Shown here: one piece after another, positions 40,149-54,250 of the stretch
Layout of the letters: each line of letters starts with the position of its first letter
How positions within the stretch are numbered: position 1 is the first letter of the stretch
Assembly (NCBI RefSeq): GCF_006345805.1
Contig: NC_042998.1
Span: 137,082,001 to 137,146,000 of the forward strand
Direction: 5' to 3'
Source of the DNA: Octopus sinensis
Lineage: Eukaryota
Length of the DNA stretch: 64,000 bases
The notes under the pieces: generated by a model
Told to the model about the DNA's origin: nothing
What the model saw: only the letters and a program-made list of their open reading frames with translations
Database searches by the model: none
Made by a program: the position numbers and the translations under genes

Positions 40149-41957
40149 AGACCTCGTTCTACACCGGCAAACACATGTGGAGTTGTAAAATGTTGCCCCA
40201 GACCATATTTGCAATGAAAGCACTCGGTCGAATTAAAACAGGCTTAAATACACACACAAATACATACATACATACATACATACATACATACATACATACA
40301 TACATACATACATACATACATGCATACATGCATGCATGCATGCATGCATACATACATAATTTTTAATATCTAGTTAAAAGATTTAACACAACACCTATAA
40401 AGCGACACAGGTTGGCAAGGCAGAAAACGTGAATCTGCTACAACATTCCATCGCTAAATACATAATAAACAAATCGTTTAGTAAAACCATAAATTTCCAC
40501 CTTTTTAACATTTCTAAAAGATTTTTTTTTTTTGTTTGGTATTTAAATCTACCGTGAAAGAACGTTAAAGGACATTTTAACACTTTTTCAGTTATCTGAG
40601 CGTTTGTATTTCTAAAGTAAGCAATCATGCAGAAAAGACGATAAAGAGCGTATTTTATATAAACAACTAAAAATTCACAGTTGACTTATTCTGCGAAGTT
40701 TTAATGAAACAAGTATGTCTCGTTAATTCAGATAAAACACTAAACCAAGTAGAAGAGTAGGTATATGTAATTTACATAATATGGGGAAATATTTATAGAA
40801 ACCTCATTCATTATGAGGTATCTGGACTAAACGCAGGTGATACTAAGTGTGCGTGGTAGAGAGTTAATGAGTTTATACATATATTAGGTGCAGGTGTGGC
40901 TCTGTAGTAAGAATCTTACTTCCCGACCATGTGGTTCCGGGTTAAGTCCCACTGGGTGACACCTTGAGCAAGTGCGGAGGCGGCTCGTAGATAAAATTAG
41001 TAAGGGTGCAGCTTCAGAAAAATTTAGCCATTATTTTAATATTGCGTAAAAGGAAACTAACATATAAAAAGAAAATTTATGCATAAACTTGATTGGTTCG
41101 TGTTTTAGCCACTGCCAGGTAGTGTGTTTAATTCGTTCACTGAACACCGCCGTGAATTCCCTCTTGTTTTTTAAAAATCTCCCCTAAATCACAAAATAGT
41201 GGTGTGGTGGGGAATCTTCCCTATTTCTCAAATCCTGACAGCAACACTGAAGCTGGAAGCAGGATAATAATCTTATTCTACACTTTATCACATTCAAGAA
41301 TATAAACATGTTTTTAAGCACAACATACGCGGAGCCCAAAGGAAACACTACCTCTCACCGGCACTGCGTGAACGACAGCTCTCTCTCTCCCTAACGTGAA
41401 GCTTCCTATCTCGGACATGTGAGCATGCGCACAACAGCCAAACAACGCGTCGCTGGAATGATGAAGCGCACAGTTCTATACAAGGATTGTTGGATTTTTT
41501 TTCATAAACTCATAGACTCGTTATATTGAATGTTATCGATAATATCAAGTGGAAATAGGGGTGCTGCAGTTCTGTAGTGCCTATAAATGAGCTGCCACTG
41601 AGTCTTCTACTATAGCCTCAGGTTGACCAAAGCCTCGAGTAGGTTTGGTAGACAGAAACTGAAAGAAGCCCGTCGCGTGTGCGTGTGCGCGTGTGTGTGT
41701 GCGTGCGTGCGCGTGTGTGTGTGCGTGCGCGTGTGTGTGTGCGTGCGTGCGCGTGTGTGCGTATGTGTTTGAATCTGTGTTTTCCCCCACCACCGTTTAA
41801 TAACCGGTGTTGGTGCATTTACGGCCCTGTAAGCGAGCAGTTCGGCGAAGGAGTTCGATAGAATAAGTATTAGGCTTTAAAAAAGTCCTGGGGACAATTT
41901 GTTTGATTAAAACAAGTAAAAGATAAAAGATATATATACATACACACATACACACAC

Positions 41958-42004
<47 letters not shown>

Positions 42005-42287
42005 CTATGAGTGCGCATGGTCAGTAGTTTCAATTCCTGGACCGGCTGGTACGTTGTGTTCTTGAACAAAACACTTCATCTCACGTTGCCTGGGATTTAC
42101 TTCGTCAAATGTGGTACACTATGCACTTGTTCATGTAATATCGATTCGAAAGAGGAGGTTAATGTTCAGCACAAGCATTTGATCACTCTATAAACAAAGC
42201 AACCTTTGAGCAAGTTGTTTAGCAAGAATCTGCAGAGCAGTCGAAAGAGAGACTACCATCAATTCAACCAATAAGGTGACGAGCTTA

Positions 42288-42500
42288 AGGTGGCGAACTG
42301 GCAGAATCGTTAGCTCGCCGGCGAGATAAATAACGGCATTTCGTACGTGTTCAGGTTCTCAGTTCAGAGTCCATCGAGATTTTCATTGCCTTTCATCTTT
42401 ACGGGGTCGATCAAGTACCAGTTAAATTCTGTGGTTGACGTAATCGAGTTGCCCCCTTCCATCGCAATTGCTGGCCTTGAGCAAAAATTTGAAGCCAATA
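42288..42500 (+). mobile_element. SINE, same family, diverged
   Basis: Head ggtggcgaactggcagaatcgttagc and body gcctttcatctttacggggtcgat. Confidence 0.75.
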
Positions 42501-42641
42501 TTGTGACTGCTCTATAAGGTGGGGGTCAAAGTCTGTTTCTTTAACAGCAGTCATAAGGAGTGTGGTCAAATCTCAGACTGTTCAGTTTTAGGAGATTGGG
42601 AAAGGAATGATTATGATTGCAATGTGACTCTGTGTGTGTGT

Positions 42642-42701
<60 letters not shown>

Positions 42702-42711
42702 GCGTGCGTGC

Positions 42712-42762
<51 letters not shown>

Positions 42763-43639
42763 AATGTCAGAGAAAAGGGGCGGTTAGATAAGCGTCACAC
42801 TTGTAGTGAATTAAAGTTATATTAATGATAATCAAAAATGTTTGTGCTGTGATGGTTTTGAATTGTACAGGGGTGTAAGATTTTTAAAACAGTTTATTTG
42901 ATGTTTTGTGCTACTGTTTCTTAGATGTTGATTTCTGCAAGTAAACAGCGATGTCACCTATTTTTGAGTCATTTCGGTCTATTGAAAGACAATTTGACTA
43001 AAATTTATTTCAGCAAAATCTGTTATTTACTCTATGACATTTGAAGTCCAAAGCAATAAAGCCAACTTGTCTCCATAGTTATCATTGTTGTGAAAATTTT
43101 ATAATAAAGATAGACTTTCATATTGGAAACGAGGAAGACGATTATCTGAGCACAGATTATCAAAAGTTTTGGCTGTATTTACGTACTTTCAGGGGTACAT
43201 AATCCGAAATAAGCATTGGAAACAAACAAAATTGTTGGAATCCACTAGCCCTTACATCCAATGGAACGGAAATCAAAATAAAATCATATTTCTTGATAAA
43301 GTGTTTCAAAATTTTCAATTCATTTTACCACGACGAGAGAATGCCTGAAATTTACAGAAGTTTGAGAAGAGTCAAAACGGTTAAATTGACTGTGTCGTGA
43401 GCGGATATTTTGGAGTACTTCCATTATTGCAATGTACGGTGGCAGACATACAGTCTAATTCAAATTAAAATGAAATATCATTGGCTTTTTCAGGTTTTAT
43501 TTTATTTTATTTTATGGTATTGGTTTGGAGGAGCGAGATCTTATGTGTGTTGGGATCATGACCTAAAGGACATTGGTTTGATTTCTGGACAATGTGACGT
43601 GTTGTTTCTTTAAGCAGAGCACTTCAATTCACGTTGCTC

Positions 43640-44190
43640 TCTATTAATTAGCAACCCTTCTTCTCTCCAGCTGTCACGCCTTAGACGAACCGTTAGCAAA
43701 TGTGAGAGGGTCGAGAGGGCGCCCATGTTTGCTCGTGACTACATAGGCACCTAAAGCAATTAACGAAAGCATGATACATGCTAGCAAGTCTTACTCGTTT
43801 GCCAGCTACTACGTCTATGATTGGTATGGGGAAATAGATTGTGAGATCTTGACAACATTGACACATTAATATCTGTCAGAAGAGTTACAAGTCGACGGCT
43901 GCAGAAAAGGCAAATGCAGGTAAATCTAGGTAAACTAATTAAAATGGCACCTTCAGAAGAGGACACAATGTGGGGATGACACGAAACCAGCCAGTTACGA
44001 CGTGATACAACACGTCTGTGGATTACAGGGTGGAGTGTGTTGTTGAGTGATTTCATGCTTATCAGTCGGAAGGCCCTTTTCTGAGTGTGATCTATGTACA
44101 TGAGTGTAGTAACGCCATGGCCCCCAAAATATCGGTCCAGAATTCTATTGACGATTTCACCTGAGACGTGCAGAGATTTAGTAGTCTTTA
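43640..44190 (-). mobile_element. Degraded L1/Tx1-like RT fragment
   Basis: KHGRPLDPLTFA (RQGCPLSPLLFA-like) and an IDHTQKRAF (D..KAFD-like) trace. Confidence 0.4.
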
Positions 44191-44286
44191 CTACACGCAC
44201 ACAAATACACACACACACACACACACATACACACATACAGACATACACACATACAGACATACACACATACAGACATACACACATAC

Positions 44287-44364
<78 letters not shown>

Positions 44365-44500
44365 ATAGATAAAAGTCCAGCGGTTTGGGAAAGGGGGTAA
44401 GACAATTGCATCGATCCTAGTCCTCAATTGGTACTTATTTTATTGACCCTGAAATGATGAAAGGCAAAATTTGAACGGAAGAAATGCCACTAAGCATAAC

Positions 44501-44572
<72 letters not shown>

Positions 44573-44573
<1 letters not shown>

Positions 44574-45861
44574 GAGGGGCGTTCAATAAGTAATGCCTCT
44601 GACCCACTTGCAATTGTTTGATCTAGCTGAAATTTTCCATGCACAATTATTTATATCTCCATAGAGTAAGTGGGAAATTACAGCTCTGAACTAATTGTGG
44701 TTTCTGATTTACAGGTGTTTGAACTGAGTCAAGTGTGAAACGGAGCCTGTTGAGTGTCGAGCAGTGATGCAGTTTTTGTATTTGAAAGGACGTACACCAC
44801 GGGAGTCTTTTGATGAAATAAAAGTAACTTATGGTGATGATGCCCCATCATATGACCTTGTAAAACGCTGGCATCGTGAATTCAAACATGGTCGGAACTC
44901 TGTGGAAACAGCTCCCAGATCTGGTCGCCCCCTTCTGCCATTGATGAGGCATCTGTCCGTCAAGTTGAGGCTGCCATTTTGGAAGATCGACGCATAACTA
45001 TTCGCCAAATAGCCCATGAGGTCAAGATTAGTACCGGGTCTGTGGAAACTATCATTCATGACCACTTGCATATGCAAAAGGTGTCTGCCAGATGGATTCC
45101 CAGGCTGCTCACACCTTTCCAGAAGCAAGAACGCGTCGATTGCGCGAGGATGAATTTGAAGATGTGCCAAGAAGATGAGTCAAACTTTTTCAAAAGACTG
45201 ATTACACAGGATGAAACCTGGGTCCATCACTATGATCCAGAGACCAAAGCCCAGTCAATGCAGTGGAAGCACCGTAACTCACCTCCTCCAAAGAAGGCAA
45301 GGGTGCAGCCCTCCGCTGGCAAGGTCATGCTCACAGTCTTCTGGGACCAGGACGGAGTAGTGATGACAGATTTCTTGGCAAAGGGTGCCACAATTACAGG
45401 TGTCTATTATGCTTCACTTTTGAGAAATTATGAGAAGCTATCAAAATCAAGAGGCGGGGCAAGATCAGCAAAGGCATCCTCTTCCTGCAGGACAACGCTC
45501 CGATCCACAACTCGCGTGTCGACAGATCAGAAGCACAGGCGTGCGGCTATGAACTCATCCCCCATTCTCCCTACTCTCCTGACCTGCACCCTCTGATTTT
45601 CACCTCTTCCCAGCCATGAAGGTGTTTTTGAAAGGGAAGCGTTTCCCAGATGATGCAGCTTTGATTTCTGAAGTCACGTCGTGGTTGGAGGACCAAGCTG
45701 GGGTCTTCTACAAAAACGGTCTTCAGAGCTGCTTCAAACAATGGGAGAAATGCGTAACTCTGGGTGGTTCCTATGTAGAAAAAGACTAATAGCTGTGCCA
45801 AGTTTCGTTGGTCTACTGCTATGGGAAGTGGGTCAGGGGCATTACTTATTGAATGCCCCTC

Positions 45862-45862
<1 letters not shown>
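44573..45862 (+). mobile_element. Full-length mariner (DD34D) transposon, 1290 bp, inactivated transposase
   Basis: TIRs cgaggggcgttcaataagtaatgcctctgaccc / gggtcaggggcattacttattgaatgcccctcg with TA flanks inside (TA)n. WIPRLL, DETWVHHYDPETK, LQDNAPIH and YSPDL motifs. Start codon ACG at 44740 and at least two frameshifts (~44930, ~45425). Confidence 0.95.
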
Positions 45863-45921
<59 letters not shown>

Positions 45922-46216
45922 GAGATAGAAAATGAAGGAAAAATAACAATGAGACGTGTGTCTTTGGTGCTAAAAAGCCTATTTTGCTTAACTAATTAAA
46001 TAATGGCTTTTTAGCACCAAAGACACACTTCTCATTGTTGTTTTTCCTCCATTTTTTATCGTCTATGTATACATTAAACTACGGTTTACTTTTAAATTAC
46101 CTGCTGCCGTATACCTCATACCAAGGACTATACATACTGAGGTAACTACCAGGAGTACCTTTGGATACATCTATCCCTTAGAGGGTTTAAACAGCTCTAA
46201 CTTATACCTTATATAT

Positions 46217-46282
<66 letters not shown>

Positions 46283-46285
46283 TGA

Positions 46286-46326
<41 letters not shown>

Positions 46327-46587
46327 TTCAGCAAAAATTTAGATTCAAATGCATATGGTACTTAATTTAGATGCACCAGAATTCTGTATGGTGTTATCCA
46401 TAAGAATCCTTGGGGTGATTATAATCAAAATAAGCAACAAGAGTGACTCCGGTAATTAATTGGCTATAATTGGCTGATGAGTACTCAGCATTTTAAAACT
46501 GTTGCAATGCTTACAACATTTAATAAAATGATGTAGTACGAAACGATCGTACCAAATTACCGGAGTCATTCTTGTTGCTTATTTTGA

Positions 46588-46643
<56 letters not shown>

Positions 46644-46722
46644 GAAATTTATAGAAAAACAAAAGACGAAGACAAGTGTATGAACAACAAGCAAATTTGA
46701 CGCTCGGGGAAATGAAAAAAGT

Positions 46723-46759
46723 TTTTTACGTTTCGAGCATACGCTCTTCAACAGAAAGG
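46723..46759 (-). ncRNA. Minimal (Penelope-type) hammerhead-like motif with a core mutation
   Basis: CUGUUGA-A-GAGC-GUAU-GCUC-GAAAC-GUA; A6>U change. Confidence 0.5.
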
Positions 46760-47128
46760 AATAAAAGAAAATAGTTCTGAAAGTTTAATAGGTTCAAAAA
46801 GTTCAAAAGTCGTGATAGATGGAAACGATTTACATCAACGAAAAAATCCAGTGAAATCCATGAAAGTAGAGTCAGTGGTAATATGTCGATGAGGAGAGGT
46901 GCTGAAAGTTCGGGAAGTGGTTCAGAAATGCAAATCCAAAGAGTAGGAAGTTCAGGCGGGATCAAACTGGGGTAACCACGTGAGCGTATAAGATATAGTT
47001 GAAATTTATAGAAAAACGAAAGACGAAGACAGGTGTATGAACAACAAACAAGTGTATTAGTTTGACGCTCGGGAAAATGAAAAAGTATTTTATGTGTGTG
47101 TGTGTGTCTATGAGTGTGTGTGTGTGTG

Positions 47129-47174
<46 letters not shown>

Positions 47175-47255
47175 TGAGTCTGTGTGTGTGCATGTGTGTG
47201 TGTTAAAACAGATAATGAGCAAGCAAATCATTTGGCATCACTCTAGAACATTTAA

Positions 47256-47766
47256 TCTATATATATAAAACTGTAGTTGTGTGAGTGTCTGTCCCCTTCG
47301 ATTTAGATTCCTAACTACTCCCACATTTTGCGGTGCAGTTTAACCAAATTCGGGTATCTTATAGTCGTGATTCATCTTATAGTCGTGAGTACTAGCGCGC
47401 GTCTACGATGAGTCTACGATTTAAAAAATAATTTAACATCATTTTTTATTCCATTTTAATGCATAATTTTTCGTGTGTCGATGGCGGCGGAGTTGGCGTC
47501 CATGGTCACACCTGCATCTGTTTGCTTCTCCCCCTTCTTCCCTCCCTCGTGAAGCTGTGGAGAAGGAAGTGTAAGGAAATCAACGCCGTAAAGCGTTGTC
47601 AAGGAGACCAGCGTTCTTTTAGAACAACGACTTCATGGCTTGAAGACACCAAAACACAAATGGCTAAGAAAGCCCGAATTGGCATCTATAAGGGAAGTAA
47701 CTCTCTAAAAATGCTTATATAGTTATTTCCCTTACAAACCCGAGCAACGCCGGGCGATACTGCTAG
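47256..47766 (+). mobile_element. Non-autonomous Helitron
   Basis: A|TC start (47255/47256), subterminal GC hairpin cccgagcaacgccggg (47739-47754), CTAG|T end (47763-47767). Confidence 0.85.
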
Positions 47767-48300
47767 TTTATAATATAAACATAATGCAAGTAGGTATAAT
47801 AAATACGTAACGTCTCTTACAGCTGTTTCTAGAATAGCTAAGAATGAGAATCATTTGTTATTTAGTAAACATAAGCTAAGTATTCAGTCATCGGAAAGAG
47901 AGAAATAAGAAAATTTTAAAATGCAGAATTTTTTCAATCGAAGATATTAGTTACTAGTTCTTCGAGAAACCAAGGAATGTCCTGAGTGAAAGATAGACGT
48001 GTTTGGTAATTCAGAAAATGATCACGCTAAATGCAAGTAGTGGACCAGTTTACGTCGAGCTGTATATTACAACCTGTGGCATATAACTGGGCAGAATGTC
48101 ACAGTCGAATTTGCCATGACTCTTGTACTAAGGCAATATTGCATACATATATACAGGAGACATACACCACGCCTACCCAATTGATGGTGTTTAAATTTGA
48201 AAAATTTAACCAAAACACACTTACATACGTGCAAGCATGCACACATACATATGGACATATATACATAATGTACATACATCATGCACATATATTTGCATGC

Positions 48301-48331
<31 letters not shown>

Positions 48332-48597
48332 CATACATACATACATACATACGTACGTACGTAAATTTACATAGATATACAAAGATACAGACATATTTAC
48401 ACACACATATATACATAGCCATGAAGAGTTCGAATGAGTCGTTTCAAGTTCCCTTTGGTTACATATATGTATATATGATACACACACACACACACACACA
48501 CGAATATATGAAGGTTTTACTGTATAAATATATATATATATCATAGGCTATATTAAATCTCCGAACGAGAGGTAAACAGTAATAGTACGGAATCGTA

Positions 48598-48838
48598 AAA
48601 TATATTTGTCAACTAAGTGTGGAGGTCCCATAGAGGACGATGTTACTGTTGTTTTTAGCCCCAGGAAGGCATCTCCTCCATCTGGCTAACGACACACTAT
48701 CTGTGTCCGATTAGTTTCTGCGAGGAGAGGTCATCGCTCCCATCTCTAGCCTTACGCGATACACATAGACCCGAACCTAAAAACAACAGTAACATCGTCC
48801 TCTATGGGACAGTCACATTTAGTTGGCAAATATATTTT
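48598..48838. mobile_element. MITE, ~240 bp, with ~60-bp TIRs
   Basis: Perfect 34-bp inverted core at 48625-48658 / 48777-48810, extending outward with a few mismatches. Confidence 0.8.
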
Positions 48839-48956
48839 ACGATATGTATATATATCATCTATGTAGGTATGCATGTAGGTGTGGATGTGTGGTAACTAGC
48901 TTGCTTCCCAACCAATGCCTTGTAAGTGGAAGAAGCCCGTCATATGTGTATATATG

Positions 48957-48987
<31 letters not shown>

Positions 48988-48994
48988 TTATACA

Positions 48995-49027
<33 letters not shown>

Positions 49028-49066
49028 ATTTATATATATAATTATATATATATGTGTGTGTGTTTT

Positions 49067-49156
<90 letters not shown>

Positions 49157-49759
49157 TATATACATATATATATATATATATTTGTGTGTGTGTGTCTGCG
49201 TCTTTGCCTCTGCCATCACTTGACACCCGATGCTGGTGTGTTTATGTCCCCGTAACTTAGCGGTGTAGTAAAGATGATCGATAGAATAAGTAATAAGCTT
49301 TAAAAAAATAAGTTCTAGGGTTAATTTCTTCGACTAACACTTTTTTAAGGCGGTGCTCCAGCATGGCCGAAATCAAATGACTAGAACAAGTTAAAGAATA
49401 AAAGAATATATATGCATGTGGGGGGGGGGGCGCACATGTGTGTATATACACATACACACACATACACATATACATATAATATATACACATATATCTACAT
49501 CCACTTACAAATTATACAGCTGATTTGCTCCATCGGTCGAAATCCTGACTACAGTCCTCATACATACATACATACATACATACATACATACATACATACA
49601 TACATACATACATACATACATACATGTGGTGGCTGCCCCCTCGTTATCGAGTATGGCCATTGCACAAAGCTTAATCAATGTTGTTATCGTGCAATGCCTG
49701 TGCAAGAAGATTTCTTTTTAAGTGAGGAAAGGCTGTGCAATCCCACTCACTAAGCAACA

Positions 49760-50335
49760 GCAGCCATAATCCGAAAAGAAGAACAAGTCAATATCATCGG
49801 TAACCACTGAGCCGCAGGTTTCATATCGGTGTTATCCCAGTTACCTAAATTACCTTCTCCTAGAAGGATGCCCTAACAAAGGCTAGGAGTCTTTCACTCC
49901 CAATGGTTTAACCGCGTGACCGGGTAATCAGTCCGATTATTTCTATGTCCCCGCGCATGATACAGCCTTAAGACATTCATTGGATGGCCGTTGACTCTCA
50001 AGAGTCCCTCCGCCCTTTGACGGGTTTTGTTTTTCATCCCGCAGGGAGTCCAATTTGGGATAGAGAAGAGAAACTGTGCACATTTGAGGAAATTAGCTGC
50101 CCAGTGGATGTTAACATAAAGCTGAAGATCAGTGAAAAAGAGAACACCTATGCTGAACTATTGAGAAATCTGCAGTTACTGTATCCAGATTACAAGTTCA
50201 GATTTATACCTATAATTATTGGGGCCCTAGAATATGTAATACACTGCCTAAACTAGAAAGGAGAAATTTAATTCGAAGACTACAGATCCGATCCATCACT
50301 AGAACTGTAAAAATCTGTAAAAGTTTCCAGAAGTT
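49760..50335 (+). mobile_element. Internally deleted R4-like element retaining the RLE (PD-D/ExK) C-terminus
   Basis: IWDREEKLCTFEEISCPVDVNIKLKISEKENTYAELLRNLQLLYPDYKFRFIPIIIGALEYV at ~50050-50250. Confidence 0.7.
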
Positions 50336-50414
50336 TATCATTTAAATATATATGAGCATGTCTAGATATGCAACTATATGCATGAGAATACAAGCATAAA
50401 ACATACAAATCTGC

Positions 50415-50705
50415 ACATACATACATACATACATACATACATACATACATACATACATACATACATACATACATACATACATACGTACATACATGCATAC
50501 ATAGAAACATACAAACATACATACAAACAAAAATACCCTGTTGTTGATGTTGAAATTCCAATGAAGCAGCCCGGGATCTAGCTTAGAAATCGGTTCTTTC
50601 TCTATTGGCAATACATACATACATACATATACATACATACATACATACATACATACATACATACATACATACATACATACATACATACATACATACATAC
50701 ATACT
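50415..50705. repeat. (TACA)n tracts
   Basis: Direct reading. Confidence 0.95.
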
Positions 50706-53049
50706 TACATTATATACTTAGGTACACATATTGCTTACATCTAACCATAACCCTAACCTTGGTAACTAATTTATTTAGCAGAAAAAAAAACACGCACTTC
50801 TTTTAGGTCACTGAGCTACGTTTATCGTTGTTGAATAAGTCATGCAAAATCTCAGACGAAATAATCAAATATTTGGCATGAGGTCAGGTTTTTGTTTAAA
50901 AGTTAAGCGTATGAACTTTTCAAAATATTTTCATTTATTTCTAGATTGCAAAAAAAGAATATTGTTCCTGTTGAAAGGGGAATGAGCCATCTACTGAGGC
51001 TTCCTTGGAAAGATAATGAAGCAGAGAAATTCTTATTTAGTTGTCTCCAGTTCATTATATATGCGCAAAAGCGCATGCATACACACACTTCCCCCTTCAC
51101 GCTTCATTTTCTCCCCCCTCTCTCTCTCCCTCTTTCTCTCTCTCTCTCTTCTATGTCTATCTATCTAATTATTCGTATCTCTCTACCTTTCTAATTACTT
51201 ATCTATCTATCTCCCTCTCTTTATATTTTCATATAACCAAAAGCCACACTCACGAGAAACTTTTGACGTTTCCTACAACTACTTGGAATACCATATTTGA
51301 TGGCATAAAAGACGCATGGGTATATTAGACGCATCCCAGCTTCAGCAGCGCATATTCATGAAGAAAAAACATTTCTAGCACATTAAAGCCTGTAATATTT
51401 AAAGTAATTAAGTAGAATATTACTGAAGTACCTTAGTAATCTTTTAACTTTTACTTGTTTCAGTCATTAGACTGCGGCCTTGAAGAATTTTTTTGTTGAA
51501 CAAATCGACCGCAGTACTTTGATTTTAAGCCTGGTACTTATACTATTTCTTTTGAATAACCTCTAAGTTATGGGGACGTAAACACTCCAGCACCGGTTGT
51601 CAAGCGGGCTGAGGGGAAACAAACAAAAAGACATACGCAAACGTATATACACACACACCCCCACACACACATACGACTGGCTTCTTTTAGTTTCCGTCTA
51701 CCAAATACACTTACAAGACTTTGGTCAGTAATTATAGTAGGATACATTTGCCCAAGCTACCAAACAGTAGGGCTAAACTCGGAACCATGTTGTTGAGAAG
51801 CAAACTTTTTACCGTACAGCCAAGCCTACACCAAACTTAAAGGAAATGCAGATCATGGCGCATATGAAATTCAGGTTTTTTTTTTTTTTCTCACATTCTC
51901 ACAGGGCAAATGAGAAAATATTAAAAACATTATGCAATAAAAAAAATTTACAATAAAATTCTTATTATTCTATATTCAGTGTTATTATTCTCAGTTGTGT
52001 CTGCTGCACAATTAATTGTTGTTATAAAAAGAAAAAAAAAATTTTTTTTTTTTCCCTGTTGAAAGGGCATTGAAGCAAATGGCAAACACTCAGCACAAGG
52101 AAATTTTACGAATTCACATAACAATGAAATCTTGTAGATTAATTAAGCATTATTCACAGCAACACGTGACTCTCACAAAGCATGTGGTATATTGTTAAAG
52201 ACTTAAAAACTATCTTTTTATAAAGAAGCCTCATAAGCACGTGATTAGATAAACTGTTTTAACATCGAAACCGCACTCTTCTGAGGAAAATTTATTCTTT
52301 CATTGCATTGGCGTCTTGAAAAGAACGCATCGATATCAAGCTGTATGTTTTTTTTGTTTTTTGTTTTTTTTTATGAGTGAGTGAGTGGGAAGAAATATGT
52401 TTTGCAATCATTTTACGGAGGATGCTTGCCGAAATTAGAAAGTAAACACCAGTTATTAAAAATTAACTTTACTTGATTGAGTCGTTACGATATTCGACAT
52501 GGCAGTCACATTTCCACTAATGTGTCCCAGGTAAATATGCTTTCCTCTCAGTGGCCCAATCTTCATGCTTATAAATAGGTACAACTTGTTACAGAAGCAC
52601 TTATAACTGACGAATATTTTGCCTTAACCTTCGAACAAAGAACTTTTCTGCGACTGACATCCCCGCCAACTAGTTTCCCTGTAAAGTGAAACTAATAGGC
52701 GGGATTGTGTGGAACCCCTTTATAAATACGTATGCATGTCTGTATTCGTGTTTTCTTTTACTAGTTTCTCACCGAAAGAGAAAGAGTCGGTTTCTAACCT
52801 CGAAACAAGATCTTTGCTTTGAAATTTTGACAAAGATCAACAGAATAGTCATATATGTATGTAAGTATGTATGCTCTATCTCTTAGTGTCTAAAATCTTC
52901 CCATAAGAAAGGAACTGGTTTCTAACAAAGAATTAAAGCTCCATCGTTGCAATACAGATAACAAAAATAAGGCCATACAAACTTTAGAGAAGTCTTGCAT
53001 AATTTTAGTGTCTCGCTTACAGACTGTATTTGTAATGTACGAGTTGATG

Positions 53050-53108
53050 TAAGTATGTATGTATGCATATAGTTATGTACACGTGTACGTATGTACGTAA
53101 ATAAGCAT

Positions 53109-53140
<32 letters not shown>

Positions 53141-53146
53141 CATACA

Positions 53147-53244
<98 letters not shown>

Positions 53245-53281
53245 ATATTATATATTATATATTATATATATATATATATAT

Positions 53282-53324
<43 letters not shown>

Positions 53325-53325
53325 T
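53050..53325. repeat. (TACA)n-(TA)n-(TATG)n compound microsatellite
   Basis: Direct reading. Confidence 0.95.
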
Positions 53326-53414
53326 TTTAATCCAAACGGGAAAACAGAAAAAACAACAACACGTGGAACAATTACAGTATTATTATTAATAGGCGCTCAG
53401 GAAAGATGGAAGCA

Positions 53415-53455
53415 GGAAGGTATGACGTTTCGAGCGGAGCTCTTCGTCGGAAACA
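53415..53455 (-). ncRNA. Minimal hammerhead-like motif, degenerate
   Basis: CCGACGA-A-GAGC-UCC-GCUC-GAAAC-GUC; U4>C change and weak stem I. Confidence 0.45.
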
Positions 53456-53635
53456 TAAAGAAGGAAGAGAGAGGAAAGAAAGATCCCAAAGTGGGAAACA
53501 AGAGATGGAGAAAAAAAAATAAAAACGACTGGTGTTTACGAAGTATGTATGTATGTATGTATGTATGTATGAATGCTTATTTACGTACATACGTACACGT
53601 GTACATAACTATATGCATACATACATACTTACATC

Positions 53636-53698
<63 letters not shown>

Positions 53699-53959
53699 TA
53701 TATATATATGCATACACATACAAAGGTGCAGGCAATGATATCCATGCCTATGTTGATCTGTATACGTGTGTATATGCAGCTATTACATGCTAAAATTAAA
53801 CTTCTTGAATGTCTTACATATTTTGATAGTCCCTTTGATAGCTTGTAACTATATTTTCCTAATTAGGCGTGTTCCTTCTGGTTTTGTGAAACCAATATTC
53901 TCAAAATTGGTATAGAGGCAATAGTTAGTCACATATCAAAGTGCTCTAGTAGATACTGG

Positions 53960-54250
53960 TAAAAATCTAAAACTGTAGTCCTCATGGAATAACAGCAGAT
54001 TTCTCATCTATTCAACTAAGATGTTATCGTTTTCATTAATCTTAAACATTATGCTGACATCAACATTGCAACTGATTTCAACTACTGTACATAGTTTCTC
54101 TGTCCCAGATCAATGTGTCTGGTCTGTTACATTTAAATTATACTGACGTCTTCACAGAAACATTCCACCAGCATTTGTCATATTATGAGTGATTATTCCC
54201 TCAATGTCTTTCTTTATATTTGTATTTTCAGTATTAACCTTTCTATGGAT
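53960..54250 (-). mobile_element. Degraded R4-like RLE fragment
   Basis: Minus-strand EKLCTVVEISCNVDVSIMFKINENDNI..MRNLLL matches the 50.1-kb copy. Confidence 0.6.

Noticed and set aside
41330-41470. CpG-rich patch with gcatgcgca and donor-like gtgaga
   Set aside because: Only a partial NRF1-type motif, with no TATA, ORF or other support.
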